Of a stretch of 64,000 nucleotides of DNA, positions 10,556-20,354 are shown in pieces. The first letter of the stretch is position 1, and the number at the start of each line of letters is the position of its first letter. The notes under the pieces were generated by a model. That model was not told where the DNA came from and searched no databases. It was given only the letters and a program-made list of their open reading frames with translations. The stretch is from an uncultured Lachnospiraceae bacterium (lineage in GTDB: Bacteria > Bacillota > Clostridia > Lachnospirales > Lachnospiraceae): assembly GCA_948989975.1 (NCBI GenBank), contig CARHSH010000001.1:146906-210905 (forward strand), in the 5' to 3' direction. The position numbers and the translations under genes are program-made.

Positions 10556-10993
10556 ATGGCATTATTAAACACGAAACAGATTATGGAAATTATCCCGCAC
10601 AGGCAGCCGTTTCTTTTGATAGACACGATAGAGGAGCTAGAAGCGGGCAAACGGGCGGTTGGGAAAAAATGCGTTAGTTTTAACGAGCCGTATTTTGCAG
10701 GGCATTTTCCAAACGAACCTGTTATGCCGGGGGTTTTAATTATAGAAGCAATGGCGCAGGCGGGCGCCGTCGCGATTTTAAGTAAGCCGGGGCAAGAAGG
10801 AAAAACGGCGTATTTTGCAGGCATACAGAACGCAAAATTTAAAAAGAAAGTAAAACCGGGCGACGTTTTAACGCTTGAACTTGAAATTATAAAGGAAAAA
10901 GGGCCGATAGGAGTAGGAAAAGGAACGGCAAAAGTGGACGGCGCCCTTGTGGCGTCTGCGGAATTGACATTTGCAATCGGAAATGGGGAATAA
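10556..10993 (+). CDS. fabZ: 3-hydroxyacyl-ACP dehydratase
   Basis: Hot-dog fold with [20 protein letters not shown]. Confidence 0.9.
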   Translation: MALLNTKQIMEIIPHRQPFLLIDTIEELEAGKRAVGKKCVSFNEPYFAGHFPNEPVMPGVLIIEAMAQAGAVAILSKPGQEGKTAYFAGIQNAKFKKKVKPGDVLTLELEIIKEKGPIGVGKGTAKVDGALVASAELTFAIGNGE

Positions 10994-10995
10994 AT

Positions 10996-12690
10996 ATGGC
11001 ATCAATTTTTAAGAAAAGAAAGAACGCTCCGGTAAAAGAGAAAGAGACGGAAAATCCAAATCTTATTGTCTGTCCGTCCTGTAAAAATGATCTGGACAAA
11101 TCCAAAGTGGTAGAGAATAAATATGTCTGCTATGAATGCGGCAGTTATTTCAGGGTGCGCACCTCAAACCGGATCAAAATGGTAGCGGACGCTAAAAGCT
11201 TTACGCCATGGTTTGACGAAATGGAATCAAAAAACCCGCTGGATTTTCCGGATTACCATGAAAAAATCGAAGCGGCTCAGGAAAAAACGGGACTTCGTGA
11301 AGGAGTGACGGTTGGCGAGGCGAAAATTTATGGAGAGCCGGTTGCGCTTGGCATTTGCGATGCAAGGTTTTTAATGGGCAGCATGGGGCATGTGGTAGGC
11401 GAAAAAATTGCGTCAGCCGTGGAAAAAGCGACTGCGCTCAGGCTTCCCGTGGTTTTATTCTGCTGTTCGGGCGGAGCTAGGATGCAAGAGGGGATTATTT
11501 CCCTGATGCAGATGGCGAAAACATCAGCGGCGCTGAAGAAACATTCGGACGCAGGGCTTTTGTATATTCCGGTGCTGACGGACCCGACGACCGGAGGCGT
11601 AACGGCAAGTTTTGCTATGTTAGGCGATATTATTCTGGCGGAACCGGGGGCGCTGATTGGGTTTGCCGGACCGCGCGTCATAGAGCAGACCATTGGGCAG
11701 AAGCTCCCAGAAGGGTTCCAGAGGGCGGAATTTCAGTTGGAACATGGTTTTGCGGATGCGATTGTAGAGAGAAAAGATTTAAAGAAAACGCTGTATAAGC
11801 TTCTGAAAATGCACACGGTAAAAGAAGGCTATGCGAACTTTATGCCGGCGACGGATTTTAAGTTTGAGCCAAGTGAACTGATGAAGGAACGCAGCGCAAA
11901 GAGTAAGAGTTTTAGCGCATGGGAGAAAGTAAAAGCGGCAAGGAATACAAGCCGTCTGGCTTCCGTGGATTATATAGAAGAAATATTTGACGGGTTTATA
12001 GAGCTGCATGGAGACCGCTGTTACAGAGATGATCCGGCGGTGGTAGGCGGCATTGCAAATCTTGACGGGCAGCCGGTAACGGTAATTGGCGTACATAAAG
12101 GCAGGGATTTAAAAGACTGCGTAAACCGCAACTATGGGATGCCTTCTCCAGAGGGGTACCGCAAAGCGCTCAGGCTGATGAAACAGGCGGAGAAATTCCA
12201 CCGTCCGGTGATTACATTTGTCAATACGTCCGGCGCATTCTGCGGTATGGAAGCGGAAGAATGCGGGCAGGGAGAAGCGATTGCAAGGAACCTGTATGAA
12301 ATGTCTGATTTAAAAGTTCCGGTTTTATGTCTGATGATTGGAGAAGGCGGCAGCGGCGGCGCGCTTGCGCTGGCAGTCGGCAATGAAGTCTGGATGATGG
12401 AAAATGCAACCTATTCCATTTTGTCGCCGGAAGGGTTTGCATCGATTCTTTGGAAAGACGGAAAACGCGCAAAGGAAGCGGCGGAAGTTATGAAGATTAC
12501 GGCTCAGGATTTGTACCGCTTGAAAGTCATTGAGAAAATTATTCCGGAATTTGGAAAAGCGGATCAGGATTCACTGCATGATATTTCAATGTTTATCAAA
12601 TATCATATCAGGGAATTTTTAGAACAGAGCGGCAAAATGAGCGGAACAGAGCTGGCAGAAGCCCGTTATCAGCGTTTCCGCGCGTTTTAA
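10996..12690 (+). CDS. accDA: Acetyl-CoA carboxylase carboxyltransferase, fused beta (AccD) - alpha (AccA) subunits
   Basis: N-terminal Zn-ribbon CPSCKN...CYECG plus the AccD CT domain, followed in the same 564-aa ORF by an AccA-like CT domain ([15 protein letters not shown]...[10 protein letters not shown]). Confidence 0.8.
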   Translation: MASIFKKRKNAPVKEKETENPNLIVCPSCKNDLDKSKVVENKYVCYECGSYFRVRTSNRIKMVADAKSFTPWFDEMESKNPLDFPDYHEKIEAAQEKTGLREGVTVGEAKIYGEPVALGICDARFLMGSMGHVVGEKIASAVEKATALRLPVVLFCCSGGARMQEGIISLMQMAKTSAALKKHSDAGLLYIPVLTDPTTGGVTASFAMLGDIILAEPGALIGFAGPRVIEQTIGQKLPEGFQRAEFQLEHGFADAIVERKDLKKTLYKLLKMHTVKEGYANFMPATDFKFEPSELMKERSAKSKSFSAWEKVKAARNTSRLASVDYIEEIFDGFIELHGDRCYRDDPAVVGGIANLDGQPVTVIGVHKGRDLKDCVNRNYGMPSPEGYRKALRLMKQAEKFHRPVITFVNTSGAFCGMEAEECGQGEAIARNLYEMSDLKVPVLCLMIGEGGSGGALALAVGNEVWMMENATYSILSPEGFASILWKDGKRAKEAAEVMKITAQDLYRLKVIEKIIPEFGKADQDSLHDISMFIKYHIREFLEQSGKMSGTELAEARYQRFRAF

Positions 12691-12732
12691 CCAATAGAAA
12701 AAACGAAAAACGGCAGGTTAGAGGGAAAGCAG

Positions 12733-13698
12733 ATGAGAAGCAGAATATGTGGAACAGGAAGTGCGCTTCCAAAGCGGGAAGTGACCAATGATGATTTAAG
12801 CAAAATCATGGATACTTCAGATGAATGGATTAAGAGCCGGACAGGAATCGGCGCAAGGCATCTTGCAGTAGAGGAAACCCTTACGCAGTTAGCGGCGCAG
12901 GCGGCAAGTCAGGCATTACAGGAAGCCGGAGTCCGATCAGAAGAATTGGATATGATAATAGCGGCGACGCTTTCAGCGGATAATATTTTGCCGTCACTCT
13001 CCTGCGAACTCCAGCGGGAACTTGGCGCGAAAAATGCAGTCGCTTTTGACATTAACGCGGCGTGTTCCGGTTTTCTATTTGCGTTACAGACGGCGGATGC
13101 GTATATCCGCTGTGGGCAATGCCAAAAGATCCTTATCGTAGGCGGTGAAATTTTATCTAAAATGGTGGACTGGAATGACCGATCCACTTGTGTCTTGTTT
13201 GGGGACGGCGCGGGCGCGGCAGTGATTCAGGGCTCAGAGACGCCGGGAATCCTTAGCAGCGTCTCTGGTTCTGACGGGGCAAAAGGAGAGGCGCTTTTCT
13301 GCAAAAACAGAGAAAACCATAACCCATATGTAAAAGGCGCCACAGAAGTTTCTTATGTATCCATGAATGGGCAGGAAGTATATAAATTTGCAGTCCGTAC
13401 AGTGCCGAAAGCGATTTTAGAGGCAGTGAACAAGGCAGGTCTTTTGATAGAAGACATTGACTTGTTTGTACTGCATCAGGCAAATATGCGGATTATAGAG
13501 TCCGTTTCAAAGCGTCTGAAAGTTCCGATAGAGAAATTTCCGGTTAATCTGGAAACTTGCGGAAACATTTCGGCAGGCAGTGTTCCAGTTCTTTTAGATG
13601 CGGTAAATCAGAAAGGGATGCTGAAAAAAGGAGATAAAATTGTTCTTGCAGGGTTTGGCGCGGGCCTGTCGTGGGGAGCGTGCGTATTGGTTTGGTGA
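12733..13698 (+). CDS. fabH: 3-oxoacyl-ACP synthase III
   Basis: KAS-III: active-site Cys in NAACSGF, His/Asn motifs (LHQAN, NLETCGNISAGS), 321 aa. Confidence 0.9.
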   Translation: MRSRICGTGSALPKREVTNDDLSKIMDTSDEWIKSRTGIGARHLAVEETLTQLAAQAASQALQEAGVRSEELDMIIAATLSADNILPSLSCELQRELGAKNAVAFDINAACSGFLFALQTADAYIRCGQCQKILIVGGEILSKMVDWNDRSTCVLFGDGAGAAVIQGSETPGILSSVSGSDGAKGEALFCKNRENHNPYVKGATEVSYVSMNGQEVYKFAVRTVPKAILEAVNKAGLLIEDIDLFVLHQANMRIIESVSKRLKVPIEKFPVNLETCGNISAGSVPVLLDAVNQKGMLKKGDKIVLAGFGAGLSWGACVLVW

Positions 13699-13703
13699 CG
13701 GAC

Positions 13704-14177
13704 ATGGAGGAAGAAATGAGGACAGACTGCAGACGGGATACAGATGGGGTTTTAAATGAATTGCTGGTAAAATTATTTAAAAATATTGTAGAAATAGAAG
13801 AAAAATTTTTGATTACGCCAGAATTTAAAGATATAAGCGTGAATGATATGCACGTCATAGAAGCAGTCGGGATCACTGAGCCAAAGAGTATGTCCATGAT
13901 TGCGAAATTAATGTCTGTCACGACAGGTACGCTAACGAAATCTATGGACGGGCTTTCTGAAAAAGGATATGTATTCCGAAACCGTGGGACGAAGGATAAG
14001 CGGGTGATGTTTGTGTCCCTGACTGAAAAAGGCAGAAACGCTTTTTTTCACCATGAAAGGTTTCATAGGAATATGATTTCCAAAATAAAAGACGGAATCA
14101 GCGAGCATGAAACGACAGTGCTTATATATGCGCTGGCAAAATTAAATGATTATTTTCATCAAATTTATAAACGGTAA
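13704..14177 (+). CDS. MarR-family transcriptional regulator (FabT-like candidate)
   Basis: A winged-HTH MarR-like core (SMIAKLMSVTTGTLTKSMDGLSEKGYVFRNRGTKDKR), at the 3' end of the fab operon. Start taken at the ATG at 13704. Confidence 0.7.
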   Translation: MEEEMRTDCRRDTDGVLNELLVKLFKNIVEIEEKFLITPEFKDISVNDMHVIEAVGITEPKSMSMIAKLMSVTTGTLTKSMDGLSEKGYVFRNRGTKDKRVMFVSLTEKGRNAFFHHERFHRNMISKIKDGISEHETTVLIYALAKLNDYFHQIYKR

Positions 14178-14184
14178 TTGTCTG

Positions 14185-14226
14185 AAAAGAATGGATTGGG
14201 CGTAAGGTTCAATCCATTCTTTTCTA
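14185..14226 (+). terminator. Hairpin terminator after marR (aaaagaatggattg / caatccattctttt)
   Basis: 14-bp perfect stem followed by a T-rich tract. Confidence 0.5.
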
Positions 14227-14315
14227 ATCTGCGGCGGCAATTTTCTGACTGGGGACAGAGAAACGGGAGGAAAGCAAATATATGCCTGTCGGGAGAAATG
14301 GAATCCAAAGAAATA

Positions 14316-14375
14316 CGGGATTAAGGAAATCTTAAGATTCCCTTTCTTGCGTGTGATATAGGGCTATGGTATAAT
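14316..14375 (+). promoter_or_regulatory. Dyad element centred on CTTAAG (14325..14342), followed by the promoter TTGCGT-17-TATAAT (14347..14375) of the CPBP/ABC operon
   Basis: Near-perfect 18-bp palindrome ggaaatcttaagattccc immediately upstream of a good -35/-10 pair. Confidence 0.35.
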
Positions 14376-14400
14376 TGATAAGATTTAAGGAGGAAAAAGA

Positions 14401-15375
14401 ATGGAACCATTATTGAACGCCCCGGCGGCAGTGCAGCAGGCGAAGGCCTCGCAGAAGGGGCTGCATTGGGCGTTGGAAATTGTCATTTTTATTGCGGTGT
14501 TTTTTGTCTGTATGATTGGAGAAATGCTGCTTATGCTCCCGATTCAGGCAATGCTTTTGATGAGGGACAAAACTTATTTGTCGGCTTTAAAATCCGGCAA
14601 TCCGGATTTTATTATAGAAGCTTCCGAAAATGCAATCAGTGGAGACGTAAGTCTTATCCTCTCCTTGTTTGTAACGGCTGTTATGACGGCCATTGTTTTT
14701 CTGTTCTGTAAGTTTATCCAAAAAAGGAGGCTTTCATCTTTAGGCTTTGTCAAAAAGGGCTTTGCATCTGCATATCTGAAAGGTCTTTTGCTTGGCTTTC
14801 TTATGTTTTCCGCAGCAGTGTTAATTTGCGTTTTAACGGGTTCGTTAAAACTTACATATTCGCCCGAACGGTTTGCGTTTCCGGCATTCCTGTTCATAGC
14901 GGCCGGCTATATGGTTCAGGGAATGGCTGAGGAAGTTTTATGCCGCGGGTATTTTATGGTGTCTTTGGGGCGGCGCTATCCTATGGCGGCCGCGGCTGTC
15001 ATTAATGCCACAGCATTTGCGGCCATGCATCTGTTTAATCCCGGAATTTCGCCATTGGCGGTTATAAATTTAATATTGTTTGGCATTTTTGCATCCGTTT
15101 GTTTTATCCAGACAAATAATATCTGGCTGATTGGCGCCCTGCATTCCGTTTGGAATCTGACGCAGGGAAATGTGTATGGAATTAAAGTCAGCGGCATGGA
15201 TTCAAGATGCAGTGTTTTTTCGGCTTCAACGCCGGAAGGCATGGAGATATTTCATGGCGGGGCGTTTGGGCTGGAGGGCGGCCTTGCAGTGACGATTGTG
15301 CTAATGGCAGGAATAGCAGCCATGCTGTTTCTGTTAAAAAATAATAAAAAAGAGATGGCGGTGGAAAAACTATGA
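14401..15375 (+). CDS. CPBP-family intramembrane metalloprotease (CAAX protease / Abi-type self-immunity)
   Basis: Multi-TM protein with EEVLCRGY, FAAMHLFNP and HSVWN motifs (the EExxxR / FxxxH / HxxxN triad). Confidence 0.75.
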   Translation: MEPLLNAPAAVQQAKASQKGLHWALEIVIFIAVFFVCMIGEMLLMLPIQAMLLMRDKTYLSALKSGNPDFIIEASENAISGDVSLILSLFVTAVMTAIVFLFCKFIQKRRLSSLGFVKKGFASAYLKGLLLGFLMFSAAVLICVLTGSLKLTYSPERFAFPAFLFIAAGYMVQGMAEEVLCRGYFMVSLGRRYPMAAAAVINATAFAAMHLFNPGISPLAVINLILFGIFASVCFIQTNNIWLIGALHSVWNLTQGNVYGIKVSGMDSRCSVFSASTPEGMEIFHGGAFGLEGGLAVTIVLMAGIAAMLFLLKNNKKEMAVEKL

Positions 15376-16262
15376 AACTGGAATTAAAAGACATTCAGAA
15401 AAGTTTTGGGGAAAAAGAAGTGCTCAAAGGCATTTCGTTTTCCGCGGTCAGCGGCAAGGCATTTGGTCTGCTGGGAAGGAACGGGGCGGGAAAAACGACG
15501 ACAATCCGTATTTTAATGGATGTGTTTTCCGCAGATGGCGGGAAAGTGACGATTGATGGCGCGCCGGTAAATTATCAAGCAATTAAAATTGGTTATCTGC
15601 CGGAAGAACGCGGGCTGTACCCGAAGAAAAAAATCATCGACCAGTTGCGCTATTTTGCCGAACTGCATGGAATGAAAAGCAGTGAAGCGGTGAAAGCGAT
15701 CGATTATTGGCTTGACCGGCTTGATATGATGGAACACCGGGACAAACGCCTTGATACGCTTTCAAAAGGAAACCAGCAGAAAATACAGCTTATTACGGCG
15801 CTTGCCCATAATCCAGACATTGTAATTTTAGATGAACCGTTTTCCGGATTAGATCCGGTCAATGCCATGCTGTTAAAAGATGTGGTGAAAGAAGAAATTG
15901 CAAATGGAAAAATTGTGCTTTTTTCAAGTCATCAAATGAACTATATTGAGGAATTTTGTGACAGAATTGCGATCTTAAACAATGGAAGCGTAGCAATACA
16001 AGGAGACATTAATGAAATAAAGCGGAATTATGTGCGTGATAAGCTGGTGGCGCGTTCCGATCAGGCAGGTGAGATTCTTACAGAGTTAGGGGCTTGCTGT
16101 ACGAAAAAAGAAGATGGAAGCCTGCTCATTCAGTTGAAGTCGGAAGGGCAGAAACAGGAAATGATGAAGCGTCTGACGGAAGCGTATGATATTGATGAAA
16201 TCAAAGTGTTTGAGCCGTCGCTGAATGACATTTTTGTCGAGCATGCCGGAGATCATGTCTAA
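15372..16262 (+). CDS. ABC transporter ATP-binding protein (ABC-2 subtype)
   Basis: Walker A GRNGAGKTT, signature LSKGNQQK, Walker B ILDEPFSGLD. Start overlaps the CPBP gene stop. Confidence 0.9.
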   Translation: MKLELKDIQKSFGEKEVLKGISFSAVSGKAFGLLGRNGAGKTTTIRILMDVFSADGGKVTIDGAPVNYQAIKIGYLPEERGLYPKKKIIDQLRYFAELHGMKSSEAVKAIDYWLDRLDMMEHRDKRLDTLSKGNQQKIQLITALAHNPDIVILDEPFSGLDPVNAMLLKDVVKEEIANGKIVLFSSHQMNYIEEFCDRIAILNNGSVAIQGDINEIKRNYVRDKLVARSDQAGEILTELGACCTKKEDGSLLIQLKSEGQKQEMMKRLTEAYDIDEIKVFEPSLNDIFVEHAGDHV

Positions 16263-16292
16263 TGGCATATTATTTATGGAAGGAGAAAAACG

Positions 16293-17555
16293 ATGAAGCA
16301 GTTTGGGACGATTTTGAAATTCGAATTAAACAGCTATTTTAAAAATAAAGTATTTGTAGGGATTACGTTATTTCTGGCGGCGGCGATTGCGGCCGTGATG
16401 TTTTTCCCAAGGATAAAGGAAAGCATAGAAGGGAAAGAGACGCAGACGGAAACGGCGGAAACAGGAAGCTCGATTGAAGGAATGATATTATTTTCCACGG
16501 GCGGCGCGGGAACGGAAAATGCTGAGGCAATCCGTCAGGCGCTGGATCAGGCGTTTACGGATTATGCGGTTTGCTTAACGGAAGACGGCATAGAGCAGAT
16601 AAAGGAAAAAGTGGTTTCGGGGGAAGCGGAGTGCGCATTTGTGATGAATGGGACGTTGTCATATACTTATTACGTCAATAACCTTTCTTTATATGACAGG
16701 AATACAGAGATTGCCGATGAAATCTTTTCCACTGTCCATGGCATAGAAACGCTGACAGCGTCCGGCATGACATATGAAGAAGCGGGCGCAGCCCTTACGG
16801 CGCCGGTTACGCATGAAACGGAGAGCCTTGGCAAGGATCAGATGAAAAATTTCTTCTATACTTATATTATGATTTTTGCGTTGTATATGGTAATCCTTCT
16901 CTATGGGCAGATGGTGGCGACAAATGTTGCGACGGAAAAAAGCTCAAGGGCGATGGAGCTTTTGATTACAAGCGCAAAGCCGGTAAACATGATGTTCGGG
17001 AAAGTCATAGCGTCCTGTCTGGCTGGATTTATCCAGCTTTTGGCCGTGTTTGGCTCGGCAATTATATTCTATAGCATGAACAAATCGTATTGGGGTGACA
17101 GTATGATCATTGAGTCGGTGTTTGGAATGCCGGCTGATTTGCTTATTTATATGCTGATTTTCTTTGTGCTGGGATTCTTTATTTACGCATTCTTATTTGG
17201 CGCGATTGGGTCGACGGCTTCAAAGGTGGAAGACATTAACACTTCAGTTATGCCGCTGACGCTCCTCTTTGTTGCAGGATTTTTAGTTGTTATGTTTTCC
17301 ATGCAGGGAGGCAGCGTAGACAGCCTTTTGATGCGGATTTGCTCTTATGTGCCGTTTACGTCGCCAATGGCGATGTTTACGCGGATTGCGATGAGTACCG
17401 TTCCGTTTTATGAGATTGCGCTTTCGATTGCCGTTTTAATCATAAGCGTAATCGGCGTTGGCGTGGTTTCTGCAAAAATTTACCGTGTCGGCGTGTTGCT
17501 GTACGGGACGAAACCGAAAATTAGCGCAATTATCAAAGCAATTAGAAAAGCATAG
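16293..17555 (+). CDS. ABC-2-family transporter permease
   Basis: An N-terminal TM helix and an extracytoplasmic domain followed by about 6 TM helices; follows the ABC ATPase in the operon. Confidence 0.6.
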   Translation: MKQFGTILKFELNSYFKNKVFVGITLFLAAAIAAVMFFPRIKESIEGKETQTETAETGSSIEGMILFSTGGAGTENAEAIRQALDQAFTDYAVCLTEDGIEQIKEKVVSGEAECAFVMNGTLSYTYYVNNLSLYDRNTEIADEIFSTVHGIETLTASGMTYEEAGAALTAPVTHETESLGKDQMKNFFYTYIMIFALYMVILLYGQMVATNVATEKSSRAMELLITSAKPVNMMFGKVIASCLAGFIQLLAVFGSAIIFYSMNKSYWGDSMIIESVFGMPADLLIYMLIFFVLGFFIYAFLFGAIGSTASKVEDINTSVMPLTLLFVAGFLVVMFSMQGGSVDSLLMRICSYVPFTSPMAMFTRIAMSTVPFYEIALSIAVLIISVIGVGVVSAKIYRVGVLLYGTKPKISAIIKAIRKA

Positions 17556-17613
17556 GTATAAATCTCCTTCTTTTGGGAAAAATGTAAGAAACAAGCAAAA
17601 AGGAGGAACGCTT

Positions 17614-17802
17614 ATGCATGCAGTTGTAGACAAAAACACTTGCATTGGATGCGGGTTATGCGCTTCTACGGAGCCAGACGTTTTCAAAATAGATGATGAC
17701 GGTAAGGCTGTCAGTTTTGCGGAGACGACGGAAGAAAACAAAGATTCCGTTGAAACCTGTATAGAAGGCTGTCCGGTGAATGCAATCCATTCGGAGGATT
17801 AA
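17614..17802 (+). CDS. 4Fe-4S ferredoxin (small, about 62 aa)
   Basis: MHAVVDKNTCIGCGLCASTEPDVF...CIEGCPVNAI, with the RBS AGGAGGAA ahead of the ATG at 17614. Confidence 0.8.
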   Translation: MHAVVDKNTCIGCGLCASTEPDVFKIDDDGKAVSFAETTEENKDSVETCIEGCPVNAIHSED

Positions 17803-17810
17803 ACAAAAAA

Positions 17811-17844
17811 CATTCTGCGTATTTTCTCGCAGAATGTTTTTTTA
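17811..17844 (+). terminator. Rho-independent terminator (cattctgcg...cgcagaatg + T7)
   Basis: 9-bp stem followed by a T-run, right after the ferredoxin stop. Confidence 0.6.
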
Positions 17845-17919
17845 TGTCCTGCTTTACATTTTCGTTTAGAACGATTATTATAGACATGAAGTTACCTGAA
17901 TATCGAGTGAAAGAAAGAA

Positions 17920-19338
17920 ATGAGGCAGATTATGGGAGGATTTTTTGGAGCAGCATCCACGCAGGATTGTGTATTTGATTTATTTTTCGGAATTGATTAC
18001 CATTCGCATTTGGGAACGAAACGCGGCGGCATGGTGGTTTATGGGGAGAACGGCTTTGATCGGGCGATCCATAATATTGAAAATGCGCCGTTCCGCACGA
18101 AGTTTGATAAAGACGTTCAGAAAATGTCAGGCAGAATGGGAATTGGCTGTATTTCGGATTATGAGCCACAGCCGCTATTGGTCCGCTCCCACCATGGCAC
18201 ATATGCGATTACCACGGTGAGTAAAATTAATAACATGAAAGAGCTTACGAAGATGTTGTTTGAACAGGGACATTCACATTTTCTGGAAATGAGCGGCGGG
18301 GACATCAATGCGACGGAGATGATCGCATCGCTGATTAACCAGAAGGAAAACCTGATTGAAGGAATCCAGTATGCGTTAGAATCTGTAGACGGTTCTGTAT
18401 CAATTTTATTGATGAACGAAAAAGGGATTTATGCGGCGCGGGATAAATATGGCCGCACCCCTGTTGTAATCGGAAAAAAAGAGGATGCGTTCTGCATTTC
18501 TTTTGAAAATTTTGCGTACCGGAATCTTGGATATAAAGATTACAAAGAGCTTGGCGCGGGTGAGGTTGCAGTGATTACGGATAAAAGCTGCAAGACCTTG
18601 TTAAAAGCCGGAGAAGAAATGAAAGTCTGCGCCTTTTTATGGGTTTATTATGGGTATTCCGCAAGCTCCTATGAAGGGACAAGCGTAGAGCAGATGCGGT
18701 ATGCGTGTGGAAGCAAGATGGCGAAACGGGACAGCGTAAAGCCGGATATTGTCGCAGGCGTTCCAGATTCAGGGACAGCCCATGCGATTGGCTATGCGAA
18801 TGAATCTGGAATACCGTTTTCCCGCCCGTTTATCAAGTACACTCCGACGTGGCCGCGGTCTTTTATGCCGACGATACAAAGCCAGCGTGATTTGATTGCC
18901 AGAATGAAACTTTTGGCGGTGGAGGAGCTGATTCGGGATAAAAGCCTGCTTTTGATTGACGATTCCATTGTCAGGGGGACGCAGTTAAGGGAAACGACAG
19001 AATTTTTGTATGAAAGCGGAGCGAAAGAAGTGCATATCCGCCCTGCCTGCCCTCCTCTTTTATATAGCTGTAAATATTTGAATTTTTCTCGCTCAACTTC
19101 GGAAATGGATTTAATTACCAGAAGAATGATTGCCCGTTTAGAAGGCAAAACCGTTACGGAGGAGGTTCTTCAGGAATATGCAGATCCAGAATCAGAGAAG
19201 TATGAACAAATGGTGGAGGAAATCCGCAAAGAACTGAATTTTACTTCGCTTCGGTTTAACCGCCTTGACGATATGCTGGATGCGGTTGGCATTGATAAGT
19301 GTAAGCTATGCACTTATTGCTGGAATGGAAAAGAATAA
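17920..19338 (+). CDS. Amidophosphoribosyltransferase (PurF)-like protein lacking the N-terminal Cys nucleophile
   Basis: N-terminus MGGFFG aligns with the PurF MCGIVG but has Gly where Cys1 sits. A type-I PRTase motif LLLIDDSIVRGTQ is present. A C-terminal CKLCTYC cluster is present. Confidence 0.6.
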   Translation: MRQIMGGFFGAASTQDCVFDLFFGIDYHSHLGTKRGGMVVYGENGFDRAIHNIENAPFRTKFDKDVQKMSGRMGIGCISDYEPQPLLVRSHHGTYAITTVSKINNMKELTKMLFEQGHSHFLEMSGGDINATEMIASLINQKENLIEGIQYALESVDGSVSILLMNEKGIYAARDKYGRTPVVIGKKEDAFCISFENFAYRNLGYKDYKELGAGEVAVITDKSCKTLLKAGEEMKVCAFLWVYYGYSASSYEGTSVEQMRYACGSKMAKRDSVKPDIVAGVPDSGTAHAIGYANESGIPFSRPFIKYTPTWPRSFMPTIQSQRDLIARMKLLAVEELIRDKSLLLIDDSIVRGTQLRETTEFLYESGAKEVHIRPACPPLLYSCKYLNFSRSTSEMDLITRRMIARLEGKTVTEEVLQEYADPESEKYEQMVEEIRKELNFTSLRFNRLDDMLDAVGIDKCKLCTYCWNGKE

Positions 19339-19393
19339 AATAGAATGAATTTAAAATTGCCTCATAGAATAGTACAAAAGAAATTTTGTCAGG

Positions 19394-20200
19394 GTGTATA
19401 TGAAATACAAGAAAACATTGTTACTTGTCGTACTTTTTCTCTTTATGTATGGGGCAGGCGCAGGGGCTGCTAAAATCGTAGATGTTTTTAGCGGCTCTCC
19501 GTTTATACGGGGAGAGACAGAAAACTGGGGGCTGGGATTTGGGACGGAAGGGACGGCGCCGACGGGAAACGTCAGTTCCGAAGAATTGGAAAAATACGAT
19601 GCGTATTATATGGGGGACGCATCAGAAAAGAAAATCTATCTGACGTTTGACTGCGGTTATGAAAATGGAAACACGGAAAAGATATTAGATGCATTGAACA
19701 AACATGATGCAAAAGGGACGTTTTTTGTGGTGGGAAATTTTTTGGAAACTGCTCCTGAGATTGTGAAACGGATGCAAAAAGAGGGGCATTTGGTCGGAAA
19801 CCATACTTACCACCATCCCGATATGTCGAAAATCGGAGATTTAGAATCGTTCCGCAAAGAAATGGAGGACGTGGAGACGCTTTATCAGGAAATCACGGGA
19901 GAAAAGATGTTAAAACTGTACCGTCCGCCACAGGGAAAATTCAATTCCGATAATTTAGAGATGGCAAAGCAGCTTGGATACCACACTTTTTTCTGGAGCC
20001 TTGCTTATGTGGACTGGTATGAAGAAAAACAGCCGACGCCTCAAGAAGCTTACAGCAAACTGCTTCCCAGAATCCATTCGGGAGCGGTCGTGCTTTTACA
20101 CGCGACTTCTAGGACAAATGGAGAGATTTTAGATGAGCTTTTGACAAAATGGGAAGATCTTGGCTATACATTTGGGTCTTTAGAGGAATTTTTGGAGTGA
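19394..20200 (+). CDS. Polysaccharide deacetylase (NodB domain, PdaA-like), secreted
   Basis: Signal peptide; TFDCGYE...; HLVGNHTYHHPD; LLHA motifs. Confidence 0.8.
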   Translation: MYMKYKKTLLLVVLFLFMYGAGAGAAKIVDVFSGSPFIRGETENWGLGFGTEGTAPTGNVSSEELEKYDAYYMGDASEKKIYLTFDCGYENGNTEKILDALNKHDAKGTFFVVGNFLETAPEIVKRMQKEGHLVGNHTYHHPDMSKIGDLESFRKEMEDVETLYQEITGEKMLKLYRPPQGKFNSDNLEMAKQLGYHTFFWSLAYVDWYEEKQPTPQEAYSKLLPRIHSGAVVLLHATSRTNGEILDELLTKWEDLGYTFGSLEEFLE

Positions 20201-20206
20201 CAAAAC

Positions 20207-20247
20207 GCCGCGGCAGGGACGTATCAGACGTTCTTGCCGCTTTTTTT
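20207..20247 (+). terminator. Rho-independent terminator after the deacetylase gene
   Basis: GC-rich hairpin gcggcaggg...cttgccgc followed by a T7 run. Confidence 0.55.
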
Positions 20248-20354
20248 ATGTTTATTTAACAAAATAAATATAAAACTATTCAATATGTAAAATATAATTG
20301 ACAAAATGGATGGCAATATGATAAGATGCAAAATAGAAAAAAGGAGGGGTTCAT

